From assembly GCA_963662665.2 (NCBI GenBank), contig CAXXJS010000005.1:37832-101831 (forward strand): a stretch of DNA of 64,000 nt. Direction: 5' to 3'. Source of the stretch: Candidatus Latescibacterota bacterium (GTDB taxonomy: Bacteria; Latescibacterota; UBA2968; GCA-2709665). Under the pieces are notes generated by a model. That model worked only from the letters and a program-made list of their open reading frames with translations, was not told where the DNA came from and did not search any database. This document shows, in pieces, positions 19,201-30,606 of this stretch. A program made the translations under genes and the position numbers. Each line of letters opens with the position of its first letter. Positions within the stretch are counted from its first letter, which is position 1.

Positions 19201-19341
19201 GAAAATCCCACGCCTCGTACGGACAACGAACTCCGCTGGAACACCGGCGAATATGCCAGCGGGTTTTACGTGTGCCGCGTGGAAGCCATCTCGGAAGAAC
19301 GAACCGAAGTCCGCTTTGTCAAAACCGCAATCATCAAATAA
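16207..19341 (+). CDS. M6/immune-inhibitor-A-like domain + FG-GAP repeats + T9SS-type C-terminal domain
   Basis: FHAG, EYFLLENR, GILIWHVDD, LEEADG; several GDLDxDGxxE repeats; CTD VYCYPNP...YASGFYVCRVEA...KTAIIK. Start is uncertain. Confidence 0.82.
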   Translation: MWLRRVEPRRRLQTQRAQKRTTFSLLLVICVFCLAILPRVAQGAGETWRILAVRVSFSTEDPDDATTSGNGVFDLRTFETVRDDYIFPFDAPPHDKSYFEAHLQALRNYYLEISNRQLEIEYSVFPEDPDGSYVIDRPLKEYGNGRTRNEIAQRITQLFHDGIAAADTAEGDNLDFSDFQAFAVFHAGLGAEAGGQAINDIPSAFVSGKDLDLFVNGPIEVDHGAAVVRNGMLLPEAVSTDGRGGLNGTLVRFFAHQLGLPGLSNFEDELPAVGDWSPLDTGGPGAVASAARLKLQPLTGEPGDTLLIGFVPSRLLAWSRIRLGWLEPAVVTRNDTVRLVAPHVAGSDLPQALRVPVSASEYFLLENRISRLGVHGREPNIEFSSGGRVWLSVDDYDAFIPGSGILIWHVDDTVIHASGEGVGVNSNPQYLISPGQYRRGISLEEADGLEDIGNNAANRVVQAGIISLDAIEGGARDPFYAGNATRFGPETVPGTNSNLNYPTGITIQVLSPPADTMNVAITFDYQQDAWPVTGLANVGSQAPRAIDLDGDGVKEILRSGGDAGYGTVGTPHGGPNALPLHLTGNPATLTPDAGFPFLTSFTPAVGDIDGDGQDDFIYSSGSVPILWSRNTTPAPTAPPAPGTAPEVSCPPLIAPFPEAPVDVWGWTNGTVTWGNLEGSNTGITQMAGGPVTSLAAGNVDDDPDNELVALAGAVGLFVAEADGRVYQLTTFSGQIVGGPVLGDLDRDGRDEIVTLAADGVVSIFSGGSMTAQSVPVPGGAGSAPVLGDLDEDGYIEVLFGGEGRLWVVRFNGIHQSDTPLAFPLKDEAGLISSPPVLADINLDGDLDIFAATKGGLVYGLGADGSSLPSFPLPVSGPVHASPLVDDLDGDGTLELVVFTADGGAYLWHLETFDTHFTGNHLVWSQAGGGPGNASRLLSLPSDPPPETTSLLLPPDQVYCYPNPIRGPSATIRFFLGKNARIQVAVLNALGEIVERMTMENPTPRTDNELRWNTGEYASGFYVCRVEAISEERTEVRFVKTAIIK

Positions 19342-19348
19342 TCGTCTG

Positions 19349-22300
19349 ATGGTAACAATGGACATACACTGCTTACGGCGTTCGTGCAATCGCGGTCGAA
19401 CGCGTTGTACTCCGGGAAGGATCTTCAGTATTTGCCTCGCCCTGTTGTGGTCGGCGGCGCTGCCGGCCGGCGCCCAGTTCGACGCCAACCATCCCGAACT
19501 GCGCTGGGAGGTCATGGAGACCGAGCATTTCAAGATATACTATCATCAGGGCCTCGCCGAATTTGCCCGCCGCGCCGCGACGGCCGCCGAAACCGTGTAC
19601 GGCCCGGTCACGGACTTCTACGATTTTACGCCGGACGAAAAAATCCGGCTTATTGTCAAGGACACCGACGACTACGCCAATGGCGCGGCCTTCTATTACC
19701 ATAACACCATGGAAATCTGGGCATCCAACCTGGTTTTCGAACTACGTGGCGACACCGACTGGCTTCAGAATGTGATCGCCCACGAATTCACCCATATTGT
19801 CGCCCTGCAGACGGCCCGCAAAGGTCCGCGACGCCTTCCTGCCATTTACTTCCACTATCTGGGTTACCAGAACGAAGAGCGGCGGGACGATATTCTCACG
19901 GGTTATCCGGACGTCTTTGCGTCCTACGCCGTTCCCCTTACCATCATACCGCCATGGTTCGCCGAAGGCACCGCGCAATATATGGCGCCGGGCGTCCATT
20001 TCGACCGGTGGGACTCCCACCGGGACATGATCCTTCGCATGGCCACGTTGAACAACCGGCTGCTCACTTACAATGAAATGGGTGTGTTCGGCTCCAAGAC
20101 CGGTCTGGGACTCGAAAAAGTGTACGACCATGGCTACGCCCTGACGCTGTTTATCGTCAACACGTTCGGTGAAGACAAATTGCCGCGGATCTACCGCAAT
20201 ATGAACAGACTCTGGCGGACGGACTTCGAATCCGCCGTCCGCGGCGCGATCGGCATTTCCGGGCGCGAACTCCACCGGCGCTGGGTTGCCGCTCTGGTGG
20301 AGCGGTACGAAATCCAGAAGGCCGAAATTCAGGGACGCGTTGTTGACGGTGAGATTCTTCAGGACATGGGGTACTTCAACCTCCACCCCCGCTGGTCGCC
20401 GGATGGGAATCGATTGGCCTATCTGTCCAATCGGGGCAGCGACTTCGGCCGTACCGCCCTGGTTGTGCATACTCTGTCCGACAGCACGTCCGAGACAGTC
20501 GCCGGCGGCGCCGACACGGCGCCGGACTGGTCGCCGAGCGGGCCGGGCCTGATATTTTCGCGCCACAGTCCACCCGATCGATACGGCTCCCGGTTCTGGG
20601 ATCTCTACACGGTCGACCCGACCGCGTCGCGGGGCGGGGGCCTGTTTCAGAAGACCACGGCGACGCTCGGACTGTCTCTCGCATTGCCGAACAACCAGAA
20701 TCGGCTGACACGCGGCCTCCGGGCGAGCCATCCGTCGTATTCGCCCGACGGTAAACAGATTGCTTTCGTGATAAACGGCCGCGGCACGACAAACCTGGCC
20801 GTGATGGACGTCGCCGGGGGAAACGTCCGCCGACTCACGTCGTTCGACGACGGCTCACAGGTATACACGCCGCGCTGGTCGCCCGACGGTTCGCAGATTG
20901 CCTTTTCGGTCTTCCGGCCGAACGATACCCGTAACATCGCAATCATCCCCGCCAACGGCGGTCTGATGAGCACCGTCATCGCCTCCGCGGGCACCGACCG
21001 CGATCCCTGCTGGACTCCCGACGGGACAGGTCTCGTTTTTTCCTCGGATCAGGACGGCATCTTCAATCTCTACCACCAGAACCTGATCGACGGGTCAGTA
21101 CACCGCGTCACCCGGGTACTGGGCGGCGCCCTGCAACCGCACGTCAATCCGAAAGACCGTCGGATAGCGTTCTCCCACTACGGCGTTGCCGGATACGAGA
21201 TCCGGATCCTTACCGGAAAAGGCGCCTGGGAGCCGGTTGCTGCCGCAATCTTCCAGCCGGGGACCGGGCGGACGCCCGCCGCCGCGGCGAACGAAGAAGG
21301 CAGTCCGAAGAGCAGGTCCTACGGCAACGAATTCTCCTCGACCTCGATCTTTCCCCGTGTTGCCGTTGACGCAGGAAAGTTGAAGCTCGGGATCTTTGCG
21401 GGATCCAACGATATTCTCAACAAACAGTCCCTGCTTGTGGGGGCCCTGGCCGCCCGCGACCGAGACCTGGACCTCTTCGCCGTCTACGAATATCGCCGGT
21501 GGCGGCCCACGGTCTTCCTGGAAGCCTATCGAGCCGTTCGCCACGAAAAAGAGGACGTACTCAACAGGGATGAGAATTTCCGCATCTTCAGTCAGACATT
21601 CACGCTTTCCGGCGTGGAACTCGGGGCCTGGCGCAGGTTAGGTACCGGCAGTCGCCTGGACGCCCGATTCATCTACAACCTGTCGTCCACCGGCCAGGAC
21701 GTGGCCCGTTTCAACGGGATGGACGAAGTAAGCGTGGGCGCCACCACCCATCATGGCTTCAATTTCGCATTCACGTATTCCCTGCGCAACATCCGACGCA
21801 CCAGAGACAGGGAAATCAACCCGCGAGCCGGCCGGGAATTGAGATTTCGCTACGATCGTCAGTTCAATTTCTTCATCAGCGGTTTCAAGGAAAACACGTC
21901 CATTCTGATCGAAACGTTCGACCGCTACTTCTTCAACCGGCTTACGCTGAGTTGGAGCGAATACCTGCCGGTGGGACCCGGACGGGGCGCCCTGGGGCTG
22001 CGCTTCCACGGCGGCCTGATCGACAAAGAAGTAGATGACTACTTCGACTATTTTCTCGGCGGCCTGCCTTATATGAAGGGCTATACGTTCTATAGCCTCG
22101 AGGGTCGCAGGGTCGCCATGGTTCGGGCCGCCTACCGTTTCCCCCGTCCAGACCGGGATGGATCGGCAGACCGGCCCCATCTACTCCGATCAGCTCTTCG
22201 GATCCATCTACGCCGGCATCGGCCGCGCCTGGGACGGAGACGAAATGGACAACGTGCTCAACCGCGGTTGGAAAAGAGACATTGGTGTCCAGATCCGTTA

Positions 22301-22466
22301 CGACGCCACCTCCTTTTACACCTTTCCGACCCGCGCCAGCATCGACGTCGCGTACGGAATGGATACGGTACCCCGTGTTGTCCCCGGCGAGACGTTGGAA
22401 AAAAGCGGCTTCAAGATTTACTTCACACTGCTTTTCGGATACCTGCAAAGCGTGGGAGGAAGATAA
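19349..22466 (+). CDS. Gluzincin-like domain + PD40/TolB propeller + Omp85/BamA-type barrel; +1 frameshift at 22141-22145
   Basis: HEFTH and WFAEGTA; PxWSPDG repeats; LGG...MKGY..YSLEG loop motif. Deleting one C from the C5 run joins ORF 22158-22466 (..GVQIRYD...FKIYFTLLFGY). Confidence 0.8.
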
Positions 22467-22566
22467 ACGAAAAGCGGGGCAACGTTAGACGGTAGAGGTC
22501 CGCACCGACACCAACGGGTTTTTCGATGAGAGATCCGGAGAGGTTTCGCAGATCCAGCGCCGGTAT

Positions 22567-22690
22567 GTGGGCGGTTCTCGAACCGCCCCTACAACGAATA
22601 CAACGGTGCTGACGTTTACGTTTTGCTGTTCGGTTCCTGGTTTTTGCTTTAAGCTGACCGCTGATGGCTGAGAGCTGGCAGCTTGTTTCG
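22567..22690. repeat. REP palindrome plus GCTGANN heptamer run
   Basis: GGGCGGTTCTCGAACCGCCCCTAC; GCTGACC GCTGATG GCTGAGA GCTGGCA. Confidence 0.6.
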
Positions 22691-22704
22691 AACAGGAGTT
22701 TATC

Positions 22705-23436
22705 GTGTACCGCTTCATCCCCTTGTTGATCGTGCTGACCGTTCTCCCGGTCCATGCCGCGGACCCTTCAGGCGGCGGCACATACTTAGCCGACCGATGG
22801 TTGCAGGATGAGGAACCCCTGCAGAGCGACCGGAAATCGCCCAAACTGGCCTTCGCGATGTCTCTTGTGGTTCCGGGTCTGGGTGAGCTCTACGCGGGCG
22901 AGCCGAAACGGGCGGCTGTTTTCCTGGGAATCGAAGCGCTTACGTGGTTCAACTACCTGCGCTGGCGGAGCAAGGGCAACGATCTCAAAGCGGAATTTCG
23001 AGCCTTTGCAGATCAAAATTGGGACGAAACCCGGTACCTCGCATGGCAGGAATACAACCGGGCAAGGGGTTCGCCATACATCGAAACGGAGACCCTGCCC
23101 TGTAAACGCGCCCAGGACGGCTGCCACACCGTGGACACTCAGCAATATTACGAAATGATCGGCAAGTACGATCAGTTCGTATTCGGCTGGAGCGACGTCC
23201 GAGACGTGGGTTTCGAGACAGGCAACGGCGACGTGGAATCCAGCCGGCGCATCGACTACGAGGACCGGCGCAACGAAAGCAACAAACTGCTCAAGCGCGC
23301 CTCGGTCATTGTGGGACTGACAGTCGTCAACCGCATCGCGAGTTCCATCCACGCCGCGACCCGGGCCCGTTCCTTTCGATTCTCCGTATTGCCCGGACCG
23401 GACCGGACCGAAGTGGCAATCCATCTCCCGTTCTGA
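22705..23436 (+). CDS. DUF5683-like membrane protein
   Basis: Signal peptide; KSPKLAFAMSLVVPGLGELYAG, QQYYEMIGKYDQF. Confidence 0.75.
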   Translation: MYRFIPLLIVLTVLPVHAADPSGGGTYLADRWLQDEEPLQSDRKSPKLAFAMSLVVPGLGELYAGEPKRAAVFLGIEALTWFNYLRWRSKGNDLKAEFRAFADQNWDETRYLAWQEYNRARGSPYIETETLPCKRAQDGCHTVDTQQYYEMIGKYDQFVFGWSDVRDVGFETGNGDVESSRRIDYEDRRNESNKLLKRASVIVGLTVVNRIASSIHAATRARSFRFSVLPGPDRTEVAIHLPF

Positions 23437-23470
23437 TCGCGTGGCAAAGCGTTTTTTACAGGCAGGTTAA

Positions 23471-24121
23471 ATGGTAAATCCGATATCAAGAGCCATCGTC
23501 TTTCGTGCGGTCCTTTCCCTCCTCCTGTTCGGCGCGCCCTCCGCCGGATTGGCAAACGGCAAGTCAGCGGCCAAAGCCGCCGTGCTATCGCTGGTTGTGC
23601 CCGGCCTGGGCGAGTTCTACGCCGGCGGCCGCCGTTCCGCACGCTTCTTCCTGGCAACGGAAGGAATCTGCTGGACCGGCATATCCACGTTCCGGTTCCT
23701 GGAATCCTACCGCATCGATGCGTATCGCGCCCACGCCGCGGTTCATGCAGGTATTTTTTTGGATAACCTGCCAGAGTCCTTCATCAAGGAAGTGGGAAAC
23801 TTCAACAGCATTTACGAGCGAAACCTGCGCGAACGCTTCCTCGCCGGCGAACACGCGGATTTACGGGCAGAGACCCCCGAACGGACCTGGGAGTGGGACG
23901 CCGAAGCCTCCCGGATCAAGTTTCAGGACCTGCGCAGCAAGGCCACCTCTGCCGAACAGAAAGCCTTCCTCTTTATAGGTGGCCTCATATTCAACCGCTT
24001 CGCCAGTGCTCTCAATGCGGCTTCCATCGCGCGCAAGACCCGTGCGCGGAGCGTCACCGACCTCAAGCTTCACGTGGACCCCCGCGGCGGCCTGTACGCA
24101 AACATCCAACGCGGTTTCTGA
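23471..24121 (+). CDS. DUF5683-like membrane protein (paralog of the preceding gene)
   Basis: KSAAKAAVLSLVVPGLGEFYAG, NRFASALNA. Confidence 0.75.
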   Translation: MVNPISRAIVFRAVLSLLLFGAPSAGLANGKSAAKAAVLSLVVPGLGEFYAGGRRSARFFLATEGICWTGISTFRFLESYRIDAYRAHAAVHAGIFLDNLPESFIKEVGNFNSIYERNLRERFLAGEHADLRAETPERTWEWDAEASRIKFQDLRSKATSAEQKAFLFIGGLIFNRFASALNAASIARKTRARSVTDLKLHVDPRGGLYANIQRGF

Positions 24122-24183
24122 GACCCGAGAACTCCGATACCCGCAGAAAATTCTCCCGACAGTCGTGAAAGGGCGAAAACAGC

Positions 24184-25776
24184 TTGGCTTCTAACGTTTC
24201 GAGGCAAGTATCTTGCGTCTGGCTTCCTGCCTCCCCAGGGATGGTGCTTTGCCTGCTTCTCAATTCCGCCGCGTTCGCGGATCCCGAAGCCCGCTGCGGC
24301 ACTCCCTTCCTTCCGGCACGTCCACATCCCGTCGTGGCGTCAAAAAAAACGGCCGCCGAGACGTTTGACGTTGGCGACCCCCTTACGGTTCGTGCGTTCA
24401 ATTTCGGCGCGGTACCAGGTACCGATCCGTACTATCTGACCACAACAACCTGCCGCTTAAAGGGCGAACACTGCTACATCTTCGTGGAAGACGACATCTG
24501 GAACGGCCCGCGCGTCACGTCTACCGGACTCGCATCCCTCGCCCGTGCGTTCGACCGATCCACCCCCAGGTATCGCGAACGCGGAATCTATTCCATCGAT
24601 ACCCAGATCTTCGGCCCACCACCCGACGCCGACGGGGATCCGAGGGTACTGATCGTACTGCTGGATATAATGGACAGTATCCTGAGCGGCACAATCCTGG
24701 GTTATTACGATACGGCGAACCAGGGGGCGCCGGTCGGCAGGGAGATCCTCTACATCGACAGCAATCCGCTTGACCTCGATAGCGACTTCGCGCGCGCCAC
24801 CCTTGCCCACGAGTTCCAGCACATGCTGCACTGGAACGGCGACTCCGACGAAGACAGATGGGTGGACGAGGGCTGTTCGGAATACGCCGAACTGGCCTGT
24901 GGTTATAAGAACACCGCCGGCAGACTCGCACAGAACTTCCTCGGCGTTCCCAACCTGCTCAAATCGTCCGACTCCGCCGCCACTGTGCCGCCCAATACCG
25001 GCCTGACGGATGCCGCCAGCTGGTCCAAAGGCGCCTGCCTGCCTTTCCTTTTCGATCAGACCTTTCTGCTGATGACCTACTTCGCGCAGCGCTACGGCGA
25101 TACGGCCGTCGCCCGCCTGGTCGCCGAACCGGCAAACGGCATCGACGGGTTCAACCTTGCCCTTGAGTCCCTCGACGCGGCCGAGGAATTTGAACAATTC
25201 TGGGCCAACTGGGCGGCGGCCGTGTTCCTGAACGACGAGGACGACGCGGGATACCACGGCCTCACCCTTGGACCGGTCAGAAGGGATACCGTCGCGGTTC
25301 CGTCCGATGACCTCGGCGGCGCTCTCCAACTCTGGGGCATCGACTATTTCGTACCCCGAACCACAGGATTCCTCGGGCTCTCGCTGGACGTCAGGAGCGG
25401 CAGCGACCTGCTTGTGACGGTGGTTTCCCGTCGCGACGACAAGCGCGACGTCGCCGCCGTCTCCGTCCCGCGCGGCGTCACGCGCCGAATAGGTTACTAC
25501 GCCGGCCCGTTAACCGCATTGGCCGTCACGCGCACGTCCCCCGGCGCCCACGCTTACACCCTCTCACTCGCGGCACGCGCGGGCGACGCCCCTGCAGCCG
25601 CGGACTTCGACGCCAGCGGCACGGTCGGTTTTCCGGATTTCATCGCGTTTGCCGCGGGCTTCGGCAAATCTGCGGGCCAGCCCGGTTTCGACCCCTCGTT
25701 CGACTTCGACGGGGACCGCACCGTCTCGTTTGGGGACTTCATTGTGTTCGCAAGAAGTTTCGGAAAGTCACCGTAA
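24184..25776 (+). CDS. Secreted zinc metallopeptidase (M30/hyicolysin-like) with C-terminal EF-hand/dockerin-like module
   Basis: CGTP pro-motif, TLAHEFQHM, WVDEGCSE; tail DFDASGTVGFPDF...DFDGDRTVSFGDF. Start may be ATG 24241. Confidence 0.82.
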   Translation: MASNVSRQVSCVWLPASPGMVLCLLLNSAAFADPEARCGTPFLPARPHPVVASKKTAAETFDVGDPLTVRAFNFGAVPGTDPYYLTTTTCRLKGEHCYIFVEDDIWNGPRVTSTGLASLARAFDRSTPRYRERGIYSIDTQIFGPPPDADGDPRVLIVLLDIMDSILSGTILGYYDTANQGAPVGREILYIDSNPLDLDSDFARATLAHEFQHMLHWNGDSDEDRWVDEGCSEYAELACGYKNTAGRLAQNFLGVPNLLKSSDSAATVPPNTGLTDAASWSKGACLPFLFDQTFLLMTYFAQRYGDTAVARLVAEPANGIDGFNLALESLDAAEEFEQFWANWAAAVFLNDEDDAGYHGLTLGPVRRDTVAVPSDDLGGALQLWGIDYFVPRTTGFLGLSLDVRSGSDLLVTVVSRRDDKRDVAAVSVPRGVTRRIGYYAGPLTALAVTRTSPGAHAYTLSLAARAGDAPAAADFDASGTVGFPDFIAFAAGFGKSAGQPGFDPSFDFDGDRTVSFGDFIVFARSFGKSP

Positions 25777-25833
25777 TTCGTCGCGTGGTTCGCTGCAAAC
25801 CTTCCAATGACACCCTCCGTTTGAACTGCCTGG

Positions 25834-26568
25834 CTACTCCGCGAGCGCGGACCGACGCCAGTACTGGCCGAAGTGACGCTTAAGCCACGATAACGGCGTC
25901 CGCAACAACACGTTGTACCCACCCCAGGTCCATCGCGTAACCCGCTTCAGTCCGGCCACGGACGTCAACACGGCTGCACGGGCCTCATCCGGCCGCGCTG
26001 CCTCACGGCCGAGCGCCAGCAATTCCCGTTCGTAGTTGAATCGAACCATATTTTGCGCATGCGCGGCCAGTTTTTCTGGCGCCGGGACCCGGGTATGGGG
26101 GCACACCGAATGGCGCTCCGTAAACAGAAAAGACGAGATCCACTGCGAAGAGACCTCACCGCGGGCGCCGCGGGCCGTCTCCTCCACCGCTTCCCGGCTC
26201 AATACCCCGTAGGTGCGGCAGACCAGCGGTCGAACGGGATAGATTGAGCATCCCCCCTCGCCGGTGAGAAAAGGACAACGCGTGGGGCGCTCTTCCGTCA
26301 CATCCAGCACACGGTCGCGCGCTTCAGGTTCGAAGTGCGCCCTTACGTAATCCACGATGTTGAGATATTCAATCGAATACAGCGGATACATGGTGGCGAA
26401 ATCCGCTTCCATCTCCTCCTCGGTAAGCTCGCAGCACTGTCCCAACCGGTCACAGTGGCACGAAACAGTTGGCACCTGGTCGTAAACGGCCTGGAGGCGG
26501 CGACGTTCCCGCTCCGAAAGCCATCGCCCCTCCTGCGACGACGCGATCTGCAACAGAGGTGTTGTCAC
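25834..26568 (-). CDS. YkgJ family cysteine-cluster protein
   Basis: C..LGQCC, CPFL....CSIYPVRPLVCRTY. Confidence 0.85.
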   Translation of the reverse strand: MTTPLLQIASSQEGRWLSERERRRLQAVYDQVPTVSCHCDRLGQCCELTEEEMEADFATMYPLYSIEYLNIVDYVRAHFEPEARDRVLDVTEERPTRCPFLTGEGGCSIYPVRPLVCRTYGVLSREAVEETARGARGEVSSQWISSFLFTERHSVCPHTRVPAPEKLAAHAQNMVRFNYERELLALGREAARPDEARAAVLTSVAGLKRVTRWTWGGYNVLLRTPLSWLKRHFGQYWRRSALAE

Positions 26569-26579
26569 AGTGCAGCCAC

Positions 26580-28945
<2,366 letters not shown>

Positions 28946-29034
28946 CGCACGAATGTCTCCGGGAAGTGGCTGAATTATAGAAATCCTCCGGCATCCTGTC
29001 AAGCGTCAATTCCGACCGAGCCGGCGTTTTTTAC

Positions 29035-29062
29035 TTGACGGTTTCCCGGCGCCTTCTAATTT
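29035..29062 (+). promoter_or_regulatory. Possible sigma70 promoter for the NRAMP gene
   Basis: TTGACG-16 bp-TAATTT upstream of 29126. Confidence 0.3.
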
Positions 29063-29125
29063 AGGTAGGCGCGGTTCAGTGCCGCTTGCCGTGCCCTCAA
29101 CCCGATCCCAAACCCAGGATTTCTC

Positions 29126-30373
29126 GTGCGTTTCAGACCCGCTCTCATCCTTCCCGGCATTCTGATGGCCGCCACAGGCGTTGGCGCCGGAGACCTGCTG
29201 ACGGCCAGCCTGGCCGGCTCCAAAATCGGCGTTGGCATCGCCTGGGCGGCCGTAGCCGGCGCGTTGCTCAAATGGACCCTGAACGAGGGCATCGCCCGCT
29301 GGCAGATGGCCACGGGATCCACGATGCTGGAAGGTTGGGTCCACCGGCTCGGCGGATGGGTGCAGTGGATGTTTATTGTCTACCTTATCATCTGGAGCTT
29401 TTCCGTAGGCGGCGCGCTGGTAACGGCATGCGGCGTGGCGGGCACCGGTCTGCTTCCCCTTGGCGATCCCGCGACGTCCAAGATTGTATGGGGCGTCATC
29501 CACGCCCTGGTCGGTCTGGCCCTGGTATGGATTGGCGGCTTCCGCGTCTTCGAAGTTCTCATGTCGGCGTGCATCGGATTGATGTTCGTTACTGTTTTGC
29601 TCACGGCATTGTTATTGGGGCCGGACTGGAACGCCCTTGCCAAAGGCCTGTTCTTTCCCGCCATCCCGACGGGCGGCGTGGGCTGGACCCTGGGGGTGCT
29701 GGGCGGCGTCGGCGGGACGGTTACGTTGCTGTCTTACGGTTACTGGATCAGGGAAACCGGCCGGCGCGGGAGGGAGGGCGTGCAAGCCTGTCGCGTTGAT
29801 CTGGCCGTGGGGTACACCGTCACCGCGCTGTTCGGCGTTGCGATGGTCATCATAGGGTCGCGCGTCGCGCTGGACGGGAAGGGGGCGTCGCTGGCGCTCA
29901 TCCTGTCCAGCCAACTGGAACTGGCGCTCGGTGCGCCGGGCAAATGGGCTTTCCTGCTGGGCTTCTGGGGGGCGGTGTTCTCCAGCCTGCTCGGCGTATG
30001 GCAGAGCGACCCGTATATGTTCGCCAATTTCATCGCCCTGCGAAAAGGGGTCTCGCCCGAAGCCTTTCAGAACTCGGACATCAGGAGATCCACTCCCTAC
30101 CGCACGTACCTGGTCGGCCTCGCAATTGTGCCCCTCGTCCTCCTGTGGGGCTCCGTGGCAGAGGTCCAGCTCACCTACGCCGTCCTTGGTTCGTTCTTCC
30201 TGCCTCTGGTCGCGCTAACCCTGCTGATAATGAACAACAGGACGGACTGGGTGGGACCGGGCTTCAAGAGCCACCCCGTCATCAACGCCGTTCTCGTGGC
30301 TACGCTCGTGTTTTTCGGATACACCGGCGTGAAGAAAATCCTCACCACGCTCGGCCCGATTCTGGGTGGGTAA
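29126..30373 (+). CDS. NRAMP-family divalent metal transporter
   Basis: PGILMAATGVGAGDL, EGIARWQMATG, GGVGGTVTLLSYGYW; many TM segments. Confidence 0.88.
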   Translation: MRFRPALILPGILMAATGVGAGDLLTASLAGSKIGVGIAWAAVAGALLKWTLNEGIARWQMATGSTMLEGWVHRLGGWVQWMFIVYLIIWSFSVGGALVTACGVAGTGLLPLGDPATSKIVWGVIHALVGLALVWIGGFRVFEVLMSACIGLMFVTVLLTALLLGPDWNALAKGLFFPAIPTGGVGWTLGVLGGVGGTVTLLSYGYWIRETGRRGREGVQACRVDLAVGYTVTALFGVAMVIIGSRVALDGKGASLALILSSQLELALGAPGKWAFLLGFWGAVFSSLLGVWQSDPYMFANFIALRKGVSPEAFQNSDIRRSTPYRTYLVGLAIVPLVLLWGSVAEVQLTYAVLGSFFLPLVALTLLIMNNRTDWVGPGFKSHPVINAVLVATLVFFGYTGVKKILTTLGPILGG

Positions 30374-30460
30374 TCGCCTTGCATCGGGGCGATCGGCGAC
30401 ATTCGCAGACCCAAAATAGAAATCGCGCGATCAGATGGTCCGATCGCGCGATTTCCTGAT
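30166..30460 (+). repeat. 295-bp direct repeat, copy 1 (NRAMP 3' end plus terminator)
   Basis: Near-identical to 44231-44525 (about 7 substitutions counted by eye). Confidence 0.95.
30419..30455. terminator. Hairpin between convergent genes
   Basis: 14-bp perfect stem GAAATCGCGCGATC / GATCGCGCGATTTC; second copy at 44484-44520. Confidence 0.65.
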
Positions 30461-30606
30461 TGGTGTATCTGGACAGGTGTTTCACGTCAGCTTCTCCTTC
30501 GTATAATGACTCCGTTCACAGCAATCCCGGCTGGTGAAACCAACCTGTACATCCCAATTTACGTTTGCTCTTTTTCCTTCCTTTCCGTGAACGCGGATTC
30601 TGAGTT
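30461..30606 (-). pseudogene. Deletion scar of the beta-barrel gene (upstream region and first codons only)
   Basis: Homologous to ~45200-45331; retains RBS and GTG AAA CAC (MKH.., at 30485) and runs straight into the terminator. Confidence 0.7.

Noticed and set aside
16120-22448. Long minus-strand ORFs such as 17356-18966 and 19742-20731
   Set aside because: Antisense to well-supported genes.
22146-22495. Arg-rich C-terminus of the 1080-aa ORF as a real domain
   Set aside because: It is the out-of-frame product of the C5 frameshift; the barrel-like C-terminus is in ORF 22158-22466.
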